The notes: generated by a model from the letters alone, not told the origin. 64,000 nucleotides of DNA from Verrucomicrobiota bacterium (GCA_023450935.1 JAEXGH010000023.1:436-64435), one strand, 5' to 3'. Positions 18,626 to 27,390 are shown, numbered from the stretch's first letter. Numbers and translations: made by a program.

Positions 18626-19496
18626 ATGGAACGGACGCTCCTACGGCGGGCGTTTCGGCAACGGAGTTTTCGCGGTGTTGCTGCGCTTCGGGCGAATGCC
18701 CGCGTATGTGCTGATGGCGTTTGTCGCCCTGTTTTTTATGCTTTTCAGGCGCAGGCAGTGCGCGGCAAGTTCCGAGTATTTAAGCGCGCGGTTCGGCGAA
18801 AAAGTAGGCGCGGTTTCGTGGCGGGCATACAGACATTTGTTTTCGTTCGGAATGGCGATAATCGACAAATACGCATACTTCTCGGGCGCAAAAATGGAGA
18901 TTTTCGATGAATGCGGCGCGCAGATACGCAAGTCGCTTTCGCGCGGGAAGGGGGCAGTTTTGGTGGTCTCGCACATAGGCGGCTGGGCTATTTCGGGCGG
19001 GCGTCTTGCCGAATACGACTGCCCCGTGGGCGTAGTCGGCATTTCGGCTGAGCACGACTACATCGAGAAAATGAAGAACAGGCGTCTTGTCCGCAAAGAG
19101 CCCGCAATGATAGCCTCCGCCTCCGACCCGTTTTCGATGGTGGCAGCGATGTCGCTTTTGCGCAAAAACGGAATTGTTGCAATGCACGGCGACAGATACG
19201 TCGGAGGAAAATTCGCGCGCGTGCGGTTCCTGGGGCGGGAGGCGCGCCTGCCTGTTTCGGCGTTCGCCCTCGCCGCCAAAACGGGGGCTACGGTCTTCAA
19301 TGTTTTCTGCGTGCGCACGCGTTCGGGAGGATATAAAATGACGGCGTCTTGCGGGCTGACAATTCCGGATTTGCGCGGCGCGGAACTTGACGCCGCCCTT
19401 GCCGACGTCGCGCGCGCATACGCCGCCGACATCGAGGACGTTTTGCGCGAACACCCGTTTGAGTGGTTCAACTTTTATCCCTTTTGGCAGCAGTGA
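18609..19496 (+). CDS. Lipid-A-biosynthesis-type (LpxL/HtrB family) lysophospholipid acyltransferase
   Basis: N-terminal TM segment, 'GAVLVVSHIGGWAISG' (HxGxW motif region) and 'IVAMHGDRY'. The ATG at 18609 overlaps the MMPL end by 17 nt. The ORF-track start at 18588 is a TTG. Confidence 0.6.
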   Translation: MEKNLKWNGRSYGGRFGNGVFAVLLRFGRMPAYVLMAFVALFFMLFRRRQCAASSEYLSARFGEKVGAVSWRAYRHLFSFGMAIIDKYAYFSGAKMEIFDECGAQIRKSLSRGKGAVLVVSHIGGWAISGGRLAEYDCPVGVVGISAEHDYIEKMKNRRLVRKEPAMIASASDPFSMVAAMSLLRKNGIVAMHGDRYVGGKFARVRFLGREARLPVSAFALAAKTGATVFNVFCVRTRSGGYKMTASCGLTIPDLRGAELDAALADVARAYAADIEDVLREHPFEWFNFYPFWQQ

Positions 19497-19541
19497 TTTT
19501 TCTTGCAAGGGTCGGCGCATTGCCTTAGCTTTGCGGACAGA

Positions 19542-19805
19542 ATGGATAGAAATACTTTGATTGCCGACCTAAAGCGAAACATCATAAAATCGCTCAACCT
19601 CCCAGACGTGTCTCCCGAAGACATCGGCGACGATTTGCCGCTGTTCGAGGCCGAAGGGCTGGGGCTCGACTCGGTTGACGCGCTCGAGCTTGTGGTCATG
19701 GCGGAGCGCGACTACGGCGTTTCAATCGACGACAAGGACGAGGCAAAATCGGTCTTCGGCTCTGTTTCGGCACTTGCCGACTACATAATTGCGCACAAGA
19801 AATAG
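19542..19805 (+). CDS. Acyl carrier protein (cluster ACP 2)
   Basis: 87 aa from the ATG at 19542. 'GLGLDSVDALELV'. Confidence 0.8.
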   Translation: MDRNTLIADLKRNIIKSLNLPDVSPEDIGDDLPLFEAEGLGLDSVDALELVVMAERDYGVSIDDKDEAKSVFGSVSALADYIIAHKK

Positions 19806-19807
19806 GT

Positions 19808-21928
19808 ATGCAAAGGGGCGTATGCGTTGTGTCTGTCGGCGTTTGCGCCTGCTCGGGAAATACTCCGCAGTCCGCGCTTGAGTGCGCGCTCGGCAAAACA
19901 CGCGATTTTTTCGCGCCCGTTTCGAGTTTCGAAAGCCCGCGCCACTCGGCGAAAATGGTGGGCTATGCGCGCCCCGCGTCGGACTTCGGCGGAAAGTTGC
20001 TGCCTCATTGCGCCAAGATTTTGTTTTCGGCACTTGATGGCGCGCTTGAAGGGCTTGATTTTTCTGAAGTCGATTCGGGGCGTAAATCGCTTTATTTGGG
20101 CACGAGTATCGGCGGAGTTTTCGAGTCCGAAAATATGCTTGCGCGCAATATGGCTTCGCCCGAAAACGGGTCGTGGCGCGAGCTGAAGTTTTACGAGTGC
20201 TCCGCGCTTTCCGAGTTGGCGGCAAAACGCTGCGGCTTCGGCGGAGAGTGCGCCGCGTATTCAACCGCGTGCTCCAGCTCATACATAGCGCTTGCCGATG
20301 CCTGCAACGCAATAGTTCAGGGCGACTGCGATGTCGCCGCCGTGTGCGGAGCCGACGCGCTTTCGCGCATAACCCTCAACGGGTTCGGCTCGCTTTTGCT
20401 GTTGTCGCAGTCGCGCGCGCGCCCGTTCGACAGGCTGCGCGACGGCATCAATTTGGGCGAGGCCGCCGCCGTCCTGATTTTGGCGTCGGAGCGTTTCGCC
20501 GAAAAAATTTCGCGCAAAAAGCCGCTTGCGTATGTTTCGGGTTGGGCGTGCACCGCCGACGCATACCACGCAACCGCACCTCACCCGCGCGGAGAAGGGG
20601 CGGCAAGGGCGATGAAAAACGCGCTCGACTTCGCCGGAATTGCGCCCGAAAAAATTTCTTATTACAACGCCCACGGCACGGGCACAAAGGGCAACGATAC
20701 CGCCGAATACGCCGCGATTGAGTCGGTTTTCGGCGCGGGCGGCGTCCCGTATTCTTCAATCAAACGCGCGTTCGGGCACACGCTCGGGGCGAGTGGCGCG
20801 CTCAATGCGGCAGTGTCGATTTCGTCGATGAATGCGGGCGTGCTTGTTCCCAATTTGGGCTATTCCGACGGCGGCGGCGAATTTGCGCGCGCGCCGATTA
20901 CAGAGCCTTCCCGCGCGGAGCTTGAAAACGTTTTGAGCGTTTCGCTCGGTTTCGGTGGCAACAACGCGGCGGCGGTTTTTTCGAAAAAAGACGTTCCGCA
21001 TTCGGCGCGGAAGCGCAGACTGTTTGTGTATTCGGCGGCGGAGGTAGCCCCGTTCGCTTCGGGCGGGCAGACCGTCCGGCTTCCCGATTTGCTGCCGAAC
21101 GTCGCCGCCCTAAAAAAACGCCGCTGGGCGAAACTCCAGCAAATGGTTTTGGATTGCGCCGAAAGATGTCTGGACGGGCTCGACATTTCGAACGCGGAAA
21201 AAATCGGCGTGTGCTTCGGCACGGGCGCGGGAATGGTATCGGAGACGCGCAGGTTCATCGAGGCCACGATTTCCAAGCGCGAAGCCGAGCCCATACCGAG
21301 CGCGTTTGCAAATTCGGTGCACAATGCGGCTGCTTCGGCGATTTCGCTGAAGTTCGGACTGAAGGGTTTGAACAGCGCGGTCAGCGCGAAGGAGGTTTCC
21401 TTTGAGGCGGCCTTGAAACAGGCTTGGCGCGCCGTCTGCGCGGGCGCGCTCGACTCCGCCGTGGTTTGCGCGGGCGACGAATATTCAGACCTCGCCGAAA
21501 AGTTTGTCGGGCAAAACGCGGTTTTCGCGAAGCCCTCCAAACCGCTTACCGACTATGCATGCGCGTATTTTGTAGGCGCGGAAAACGTCGGCCTGTCGGG
21601 CGGCGGGGCGGCGAAACCGCTTGCCGAAATAAAATCGCTCGAAGTATTCCGCAGAAAATCGGCGCGTGAGACGGCTGAATTGCTTGCGGGTTGCGCTCGC
21701 GCGTATTTGTCAGCTCCCGACAACGCGAATCTGCGCGCCTTTGCCGATTCGGTTTTCGCGCTTGCGGGCGTCGGGCGCGTGTGCGATGTTTCGGAGCATT
21801 GCGGCGCGAACTATTCGGCTTCGGGCGCGGCGTTTGCGGCGGCCTTGCGCGACGGCGCGGGGCTTGCGGCTTCGGTCTCGCTTTCGAGCGCGGGAATGTG
21901 CGCGGTTACGGTTTTCGAGGTTTTATGA
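19808..21928 (+). CDS. Beta-ketoacyl synthase fused to a CLF-like second KS-fold domain
   Basis: 706 aa. The N-terminal half has the Cys-His-His triad contexts 'YSTACSSSYIAL', 'YNAHGTGTKGND' and 'FGHTLGASG'. The C-terminal ~300 aa ('FANSVHNAAASAISLKFGLKGLNSAVSAKEVSFEAAL', 'VVCAGDEY') is KS-like but has no TACSS-type cysteine. Confidence 0.8.
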   Translation: MQRGVCVVSVGVCACSGNTPQSALECALGKTRDFFAPVSSFESPRHSAKMVGYARPASDFGGKLLPHCAKILFSALDGALEGLDFSEVDSGRKSLYLGTSIGGVFESENMLARNMASPENGSWRELKFYECSALSELAAKRCGFGGECAAYSTACSSSYIALADACNAIVQGDCDVAAVCGADALSRITLNGFGSLLLLSQSRARPFDRLRDGINLGEAAAVLILASERFAEKISRKKPLAYVSGWACTADAYHATAPHPRGEGAARAMKNALDFAGIAPEKISYYNAHGTGTKGNDTAEYAAIESVFGAGGVPYSSIKRAFGHTLGASGALNAAVSISSMNAGVLVPNLGYSDGGGEFARAPITEPSRAELENVLSVSLGFGGNNAAAVFSKKDVPHSARKRRLFVYSAAEVAPFASGGQTVRLPDLLPNVAALKKRRWAKLQQMVLDCAERCLDGLDISNAEKIGVCFGTGAGMVSETRRFIEATISKREAEPIPSAFANSVHNAAASAISLKFGLKGLNSAVSAKEVSFEAALKQAWRAVCAGALDSAVVCAGDEYSDLAEKFVGQNAVFAKPSKPLTDYACAYFVGAENVGLSGGGAAKPLAEIKSLEVFRRKSARETAELLAGCARAYLSAPDNANLRAFADSVFALAGVGRVCDVSEHCGANYSASGAAFAAALRDGAGLAASVSLSSAGMCAVTVFEVL

Positions 21929-22536
21929 AATTTGCGGTGAACATTTTTTTGCTTTGCGCTGTCTTTTCGGCTTCGGCATTCGGTTCGGTAGCCGCCGACC
22001 TCGCGCGAGCGTCGAAAAAACACCCGTTTACGCTGCTTGAGGCCGAGCAGACAAAAACAGTTTCGTTCTTCGACGAACGGCTGCAAAGCGAAATTGTAAT
22101 TGCCGTTTCGTCCGACGGGAAAATGCGCATGCAAACGCTTTCGCCGTTCGAGGCGGCTACCGTTTTCGACGGCAAGACCACCGCCCGATACGAAAAAACG
22201 TCGGGCGTTTGGCGCAGGCTTGATTCCGACGGCGGCGCGCTTGCAAAGCGCGTGTTCGAGCAAATCGGCGGGCTTTTCACCGCTTCGGGCGGCGGCGACT
22301 ACGATGTTTCGGAAAACGGCGCGGTGCTCACGCTCGTTCCCAAAAGCGCGTTCGTCCGCGCGGCGGTCTCCAAAATCGAAGTGGGCACATCTGGCGCGGG
22401 CGAAAACACCGCAGTCTCTTTCGTCAAAATAACGGATTCCGATTCCGACATTACCGAACTGCGAGTGAAAAAAATTTCGCATGCCCAACCCGACGGAATA
22501 TTCGATGTTTCCAAACCCGACTGGAGGGCGAAATGA
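21925..22536 (+). CDS. Exported LolA-like lipid/lipoprotein carrier protein (tentative)
   Basis: 203 aa with the signal peptide 'MKFAVNIFLLCAVFSASAFG'. The size, a beta-rich sequence ('ATVFDGKTTARYEKTSGVWRRL') and the position between KS genes match LolA-like proteins of aryl-polyene loci. ATGA overlap at both ends. Confidence 0.45.
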   Translation: MKFAVNIFLLCAVFSASAFGSVAADLARASKKHPFTLLEAEQTKTVSFFDERLQSEIVIAVSSDGKMRMQTLSPFEAATVFDGKTTARYEKTSGVWRRLDSDGGALAKRVFEQIGGLFTASGGGDYDVSENGAVLTLVPKSAFVRAAVSKIEVGTSGAGENTAVSFVKITDSDSDITELRVKKISHAQPDGIFDVSKPDWRAK

Positions 22537-23048
22537 GAAGGCTTCCCGCATTTGCGGCGTTTGTTTTTTTTGCGGTTTCGGCATATTGCCAAGTAGCCGA
22601 ATTCGGCTTGCGTTCGGCTTCTTTGCGGCAGAGGGGCGTGTGCAAAACGCAGTCCGCGGAGTTTGCCGTAGACTTGATGTTGTCGGTTTCCGACACCCTC
22701 AAAATCGTTTTGCGCAACGATTTTGCAACGCTTGCAAAGCTCGAGTTTTCGAAGTCGGGCGAATTGCTGAAATCGTCGGCGGGCGCGTGGGGAAACGGCG
22801 GAGATGTCCGCGAGTTCGCCGCACTGATGAAGCTTGCGCTCGGCTTTTATCCCGCTCCGCCCGCGGTTGTCCACACGGTTTCCGACGCCGCGGGCAATCC
22901 GCTTAAAATAGTAGATTTTGACGGCGGGCGCGAAATCGATTTTTCGTATGCGCCAAACGCCCGCGCGGGCGCAGTGCCCGATTCGCTGGAAATAAAAAGC
23001 GGCGGGTGCATTTTGAAACTGAAAACAGTGCAGATTTTAAGAAAATGA
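22533..23048 (+). CDS. Small exported protein of unknown function (cluster-associated)
   Basis: 171 aa with the signal-like N-terminus 'MRRLPAFAAFVFFAVSAYC'. ATGA overlaps to both neighbours argue that it is translated. I recognise no motif in it. Confidence 0.5.
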   Translation: MRRLPAFAAFVFFAVSAYCQVAEFGLRSASLRQRGVCKTQSAEFAVDLMLSVSDTLKIVLRNDFATLAKLEFSKSGELLKSSAGAWGNGGDVREFAALMKLALGFYPAPPAVVHTVSDAAGNPLKIVDFDGGREIDFSYAPNARAGAVPDSLEIKSGGCILKLKTVQILRK

Positions 23049-25435
23049 ACCCGATACAACCGACGGCCGCAATAAGCGGCATTGGCATTTTTTCCCCCAT
23101 AGGAAATTCCCCGCGCGAAGTTGAGGCTTCGCTGCGCGCGCAAAAAGACGGCATAGCGCTGGTATCGAAAATAGACACTTCAAAATTTGCGTCGCACATT
23201 GCCGCCGAAGTGCGCGGCGTGGACTTTTCAAAGGAGCTTTCCGCGCGCGAACTGGAGGATTTTACCGACCCTTTTTTGCGCCTTGCCCTTGTCGCCGCCA
23301 AGGCGGCAATGCGCGACGCGAAAATCGAAACGTCCCGCCGACGCGACGACATAGCAATGGTTCTTGCAACGTGCAATGCGGGCATGACAAAGCAGGAGCT
23401 TGAATACAGGGCGTTGAACGGCTTCGACGAACCCTTCTCGCGCCGCGACTCAATGCAGGGAGAGTTCTACGCGATAGCCCGCGCGTTCGCTTCGGCGTTG
23501 AATTTGGGCGGGGCGTGCTTTGTCATAAACACGGCGTGTTCGGGCTCTACCGCGGCGGTCGGCTTGGCGCAGACTCTCGTTCGGCAGGGTAAATACAAGA
23601 CGGTTTTGGCGGGCGGAGCCGACGCGCTCGCGCTTGCGAATTTTGCGGGCTTTAGCGCGCTCAAAGTTGTTTCGCCCGAAAAGACCGCGCCGTTTTCGAA
23701 CCCCGCGGGAATGAACATAGGAGAGGGCGCGGCGTTCTGGATTGTGGAGGAATCGGGCTCGGCGAAATCGCGCGGGGCGAAAGTCTACGGAAAGATAATC
23801 GGCCGCGCCACTGCGGGCGACGCCCACCACCCCACCCAGCCCGATCCCCGCGGCGACGGCGCGTTCAGGACAATGCGCGCGGCTTTGGAAAATTCGGGCG
23901 CGGCGTTGGAGGATATCGGCTGCATAAACGCGCACGCTTCGGGAACGTCGGCGAACGACAGGGCGGAGTCGAAGGCGGTTGCAAAGTTTGTAGGCGCGTC
24001 GGGCGTTCCGTTCACCTGCACAAAGTCATACCACGGGCATTGCATGGGCGCTACGGGCATAATAGAGGCAACCTGCCAGCTGCTTGCAATGAACGGCGGC
24101 TTCATTCCGCCCACGCTGCGCTTCGGCGAATTGCGCGCGGGTTGCGCGGTTGCGCCCGTTTCCGAATTGCGCGAAGTTGAATATAACTGTTTCCTTTCGG
24201 CAAACTACGCGTTTGCGGGCAACAACGCCGCAGTTGTGGTTGCGCGCAACGGCTTCGAAAAATACGCACCGCGAGCCGAGAAAAAACTCCGCAAGGTGAT
24301 TTCGGGGCTGTCGGCGGTTTCGCCGCTCGGGCTTGGCATGGACGCCAATCTGGAGCGTTTGGGCGAAGGTTTTTGCGCCGTGGGCGGTGTTTCACGCTTT
24401 GAATGTGCCGCGAAAGCTGGAACGGTTTGCCTGCCGAATCCGCGCACGCTCGACCGCCGCATAGATTTTTCGGGAATGAATTTCATCGGCGTGTGTTCCA
24501 CGCTTGCCTGCGCCCGCGCGCTGGAGTCGGCTAAACTGCGCGCCGCCCGCGACGATTCAGTCGGGCTTGTCGCCGCCGTTTCGCGCGGGGCAAGCCGACA
24601 GGCGCATATGGCGGGTGTTTTTTCCGACCCGCAAATGCGTGGCGACATTGCCTGCTTTTCCAACGTGACGCCGAACTCCACTGCGGGCTGGGTTTCGAAA
24701 GCTCTGGAAATCAGGGGCGCGAACACGACTTTCACTTCGGGGCACAACTGCGGTTTGCAGACGCTCGAATACGCCTCCATGTTAATCGACGGCGGCGACG
24801 CCCGCGCGCTTGCCGTTTTTGCCGCCGACGAGCTTTCCGCCGAGCAGATGAACGCCTACGAAAGAATCGGCTATCTGCGTTCGGGCGACAAATTCAATTT
24901 GCGCTACGCCGACGAATACGCTACGTTTTTCGGCGAAGGCTCTTGCGCGGCGGTTGTGGAAAGTCTCGAGAGTGCGCAGGCGCGCGGCGCGGAGATTTTC
25001 GGCGAAATTTTGGGCGCGGCATCGACTATGGACGGCGGCGATTTCTTCGACGCCGACATGGCCTCCGACGGGCTGCAACACGCCGCAGAGGCGGCGGTTT
25101 CGCAGGCGGGATTGGATTTTGCCGACATTGATTTGATTGTGTGGTCTCCGCGCGGCAGTGCGGTTGACTCAACCGCCGTGAACGTGCGCGACAGGCTTTT
25201 CGGCGGCGTTCCGATGGCGACGACCGTTTTCAACACGGGCTATATGGAAACGGCGTCTTCGCTGTTTTCGCTTGCGTGTGCGCTTTATTCATACGCGCGG
25301 GGTGGTTGTTTGTGGCGGCAGCTCACTGGCGTGGAGGGCTTCGACGGCGCGGTTTTTCCGAAAAATCCGAAACATATTTTGGCTTTGGCAAATTCGTTTA
25401 CGGGCGCGAACTACGCAGTTGTTGTGGGGCGTTAG
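23045..25435 (+). CDS. Beta-ketoacyl synthase fused to a CLF-like second KS-fold domain
   Basis: 796 aa from the ATG at 23045. The N-terminal half has 'INTACSGSTAAVGL', 'INAHASGTSAND' and 'YHGHCMGATG'. The C-terminal ~380 aa is KS-like ('FFGEGSCAAVVESLESAQARGAEIFGEI') but lacks the His-His motifs and a canonical active-site context. Confidence 0.8.
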   Translation: MNPIQPTAAISGIGIFSPIGNSPREVEASLRAQKDGIALVSKIDTSKFASHIAAEVRGVDFSKELSARELEDFTDPFLRLALVAAKAAMRDAKIETSRRRDDIAMVLATCNAGMTKQELEYRALNGFDEPFSRRDSMQGEFYAIARAFASALNLGGACFVINTACSGSTAAVGLAQTLVRQGKYKTVLAGGADALALANFAGFSALKVVSPEKTAPFSNPAGMNIGEGAAFWIVEESGSAKSRGAKVYGKIIGRATAGDAHHPTQPDPRGDGAFRTMRAALENSGAALEDIGCINAHASGTSANDRAESKAVAKFVGASGVPFTCTKSYHGHCMGATGIIEATCQLLAMNGGFIPPTLRFGELRAGCAVAPVSELREVEYNCFLSANYAFAGNNAAVVVARNGFEKYAPRAEKKLRKVISGLSAVSPLGLGMDANLERLGEGFCAVGGVSRFECAAKAGTVCLPNPRTLDRRIDFSGMNFIGVCSTLACARALESAKLRAARDDSVGLVAAVSRGASRQAHMAGVFSDPQMRGDIACFSNVTPNSTAGWVSKALEIRGANTTFTSGHNCGLQTLEYASMLIDGGDARALAVFAADELSAEQMNAYERIGYLRSGDKFNLRYADEYATFFGEGSCAAVVESLESAQARGAEIFGEILGAASTMDGGDFFDADMASDGLQHAAEAAVSQAGLDFADIDLIVWSPRGSAVDSTAVNVRDRLFGGVPMATTVFNTGYMETASSLFSLACALYSYARGGCLWRQLTGVEGFDGAVFPKNPKHILALANSFTGANYAVVVGR

Positions 25436-25543
25436 AGCTTGGCGCGGCGCGCAGGGCGGACGGTCGTTTCGCGGAAGTCCTACTGAAAAACGTTGGGGCG
25501 TTTTGCGGGCACGGGGCAAGACCGAAAAATAGTTGGGCGCAAG

Positions 25544-26575
25544 CTATGCGTGCGGGTATACCGACGGCAGAGCGTCGGCGAAGTCGAGCACCGTTCCGCC
25601 CCACGAAAGCCCCACGCCGAACGCGCATACAAGCACTTTCATTCCGCGCTTTATTCTGCCCGCCGCCACCGCGTCGGCGATTGCTATTGCGGGGCTGCTC
25701 CCGCCGCAGTTGCCGATATTGCGCACGTCCAGATAGACTTTTTCGGCGTCCAGTTTCAGGCGTCGGGCGGCGGCGCGCACAATCATTTCGCCCGCCTGAT
25801 GGAACACGAACAAGTCGATGTCTGCCTTGGAAAGCGCGTTGCGTTTCAGCGTCTGCTCAACACACTGCGGGATTGTTTTGAACGCGAACGAGAAAATTTT
25901 CAGCCCGTCAACAAACAGGTCTGCAGCCGCGCGGACGTTGCCGTTGCCGTCGTCGCGTTCGATGTAGTCTTCGGGACGGGGCGGGCGGCGCATTCCCGAG
26001 GCGGGGCAAATCAGGTCGGCGTAGCCGCCGCCGTCGGTTCCCAGCGAAAATTTGCCCAAGCGCGCCCCCCTACCGCGCTCCACAACGCATGCGCAGGCGG
26101 CGTCGGAGAAGAGCGACACCGCGCTCTTGTCTTTGGGGTTGATTAGTTTCGAGGGGGTGTCGCCGCAAAGAAGCAGCACTTTTTCCGCCATTGAAGAGTC
26201 CACATATGCCGCGGCGGTCGCCAGCCCGTAGATAAATTGCGTGCAGCCGAGGTTGATGTCGAACGCGGCTGCGGAAGTTTTCAGACCCAGTCTGTCCTGC
26301 AGAATGCAGGCGGTTGACGGCAGGAGGTAGTCGGGCGTTTGGGTCGCGAAAAAGAGGGCGTCGAAAGAATCGGGCGCGTGCGTTTCGAGAATGCGTTTTG
26401 CCGCCGCAAACGCGAGGTCGGAGGCGCACTCGTCGGGCGCGGCAATTCGCCGTTCGTATATGCCCGAAGCGGCGGCTACTTTCTCCATCACCTCCGCGCC
26501 GAAACGTTTGCAGAGTTCGGCGTGCGTGAGCGTCGCGTTCGGGAGCGCGTATGAAATTGCCGTTAGCGACGCCAT
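25544..26575 (-). CDS. FabH-like 3-oxoacyl-ACP synthase III (KAS III family)
   Basis: 343 aa. The Cys-His-Asn triad contexts are 'FDINLGCTQFIYGL', 'FVFHQAGEMI' and 'IGNCGGSS'. The C-terminus is 'CAFGVGLSWGG'. The ATG lies 2 nt after the tonB-like stop. Confidence 0.8.
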   Translation of the reverse strand: MASLTAISYALPNATLTHAELCKRFGAEVMEKVAAASGIYERRIAAPDECASDLAFAAAKRILETHAPDSFDALFFATQTPDYLLPSTACILQDRLGLKTSAAAFDINLGCTQFIYGLATAAAYVDSSMAEKVLLLCGDTPSKLINPKDKSAVSLFSDAACACVVERGRGARLGKFSLGTDGGGYADLICPASGMRRPPRPEDYIERDDGNGNVRAAADLFVDGLKIFSFAFKTIPQCVEQTLKRNALSKADIDLFVFHQAGEMIVRAAARRLKLDAEKVYLDVRNIGNCGGSSPAIAIADAVAAGRIKRGMKVLVCAFGVGLSWGGTVLDFADALPSVYPHA

Positions 26576-26577
26576 GA

Positions 26578-27390
26578 TTATTTTGCCGTAAACGTTATGG
26601 AAATTGTGTGCGGTTTGTTGTCGGGCGGCGCGGGGATTGTGATTGCCCTGAGCACTTGGATAACCGATTTGTCGAAGTCGTCGTCGCCGCTTGATTCAAT
26701 GATTCTGACGTTGCTGATTGCCCCCAGCCTGCTTACGCTGAACGCCACTTTGGCATAGAGCGAGTCGCTCGAAATTGTGGGCACTTTCCAGTTGCGCTTT
26801 GCAAGCATCAAGATTTCCTGACTGTATGCGGCAAGCATATCAACAACTGCGCCCGCGTTCGGCCCCGCCGACGGGCGCGGGTTTTGCGAGAGACTGTCGA
26901 GATTGCTTGTTTGCGAAGTGATTTTGCCGATTTTTACGGGCTTTTGTTGCGGGCGTTTTGTCGGCTTTTTTTGCGAAGTCTTTTTGTTCTTCTTTTTCCA
27001 CTCGTCGAACAAAACGGTTTTTTGCGCGGGTTTTCTCTCGACTTTTTTAGGCTCGGGTTTCGGAGCTGGCTTGGGCGAAGGTTCGGGGTCGGGCGGCGTG
27101 GGCTGCGGTTCCGGCTCGGGCTGCGGCGGGACGGGTTCCGGAATTTCCAGCGGGTCGATTTCCTCTATTTTTTCGACGTTCAATTCCGGCTCGGCGGGCT
27201 CGGGCTGTTGCGGGGAGCTTACCGCCGACTGCGGCTCGGGGTCTACCATTTCGAAAACAACCTTGTTTTCCACGTTTTTTTCTTTCGGGAAAAGCGTGTT
27301 TACGAGCGCGTATGCGAACATTGCAACCGCCACGATTACATGCAACGCCGCCGAATAACAGTAGCCGAGCTTTGTGTTATCGACGCTCAT
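26578..27390 (-). CDS. TonB-family energy transducer
   Basis: N-terminal TM anchor, a Pro/Glu/Lys-rich spacer 'PEPVPPQPEPEPQPTPPDPEPSPKPAPKPEPKK' and a C-terminal TonB_C-like domain 'VAFSVSRLGAISNVRIIESSGDDDFDKSV'. ATGA overlap with exbD. Confidence 0.7.
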   Translation of the reverse strand: MSVDNTKLGYCYSAALHVIVAVAMFAYALVNTLFPKEKNVENKVVFEMVDPEPQSAVSSPQQPEPAEPELNVEKIEEIDPLEIPEPVPPQPEPEPQPTPPDPEPSPKPAPKPEPKKVERKPAQKTVLFDEWKKKNKKTSQKKPTKRPQQKPVKIGKITSQTSNLDSLSQNPRPSAGPNAGAVVDMLAAYSQEILMLAKRNWKVPTISSDSLYAKVAFSVSRLGAISNVRIIESSGDDDFDKSVIQVLRAITIPAPPDNKPHTISITFTAK

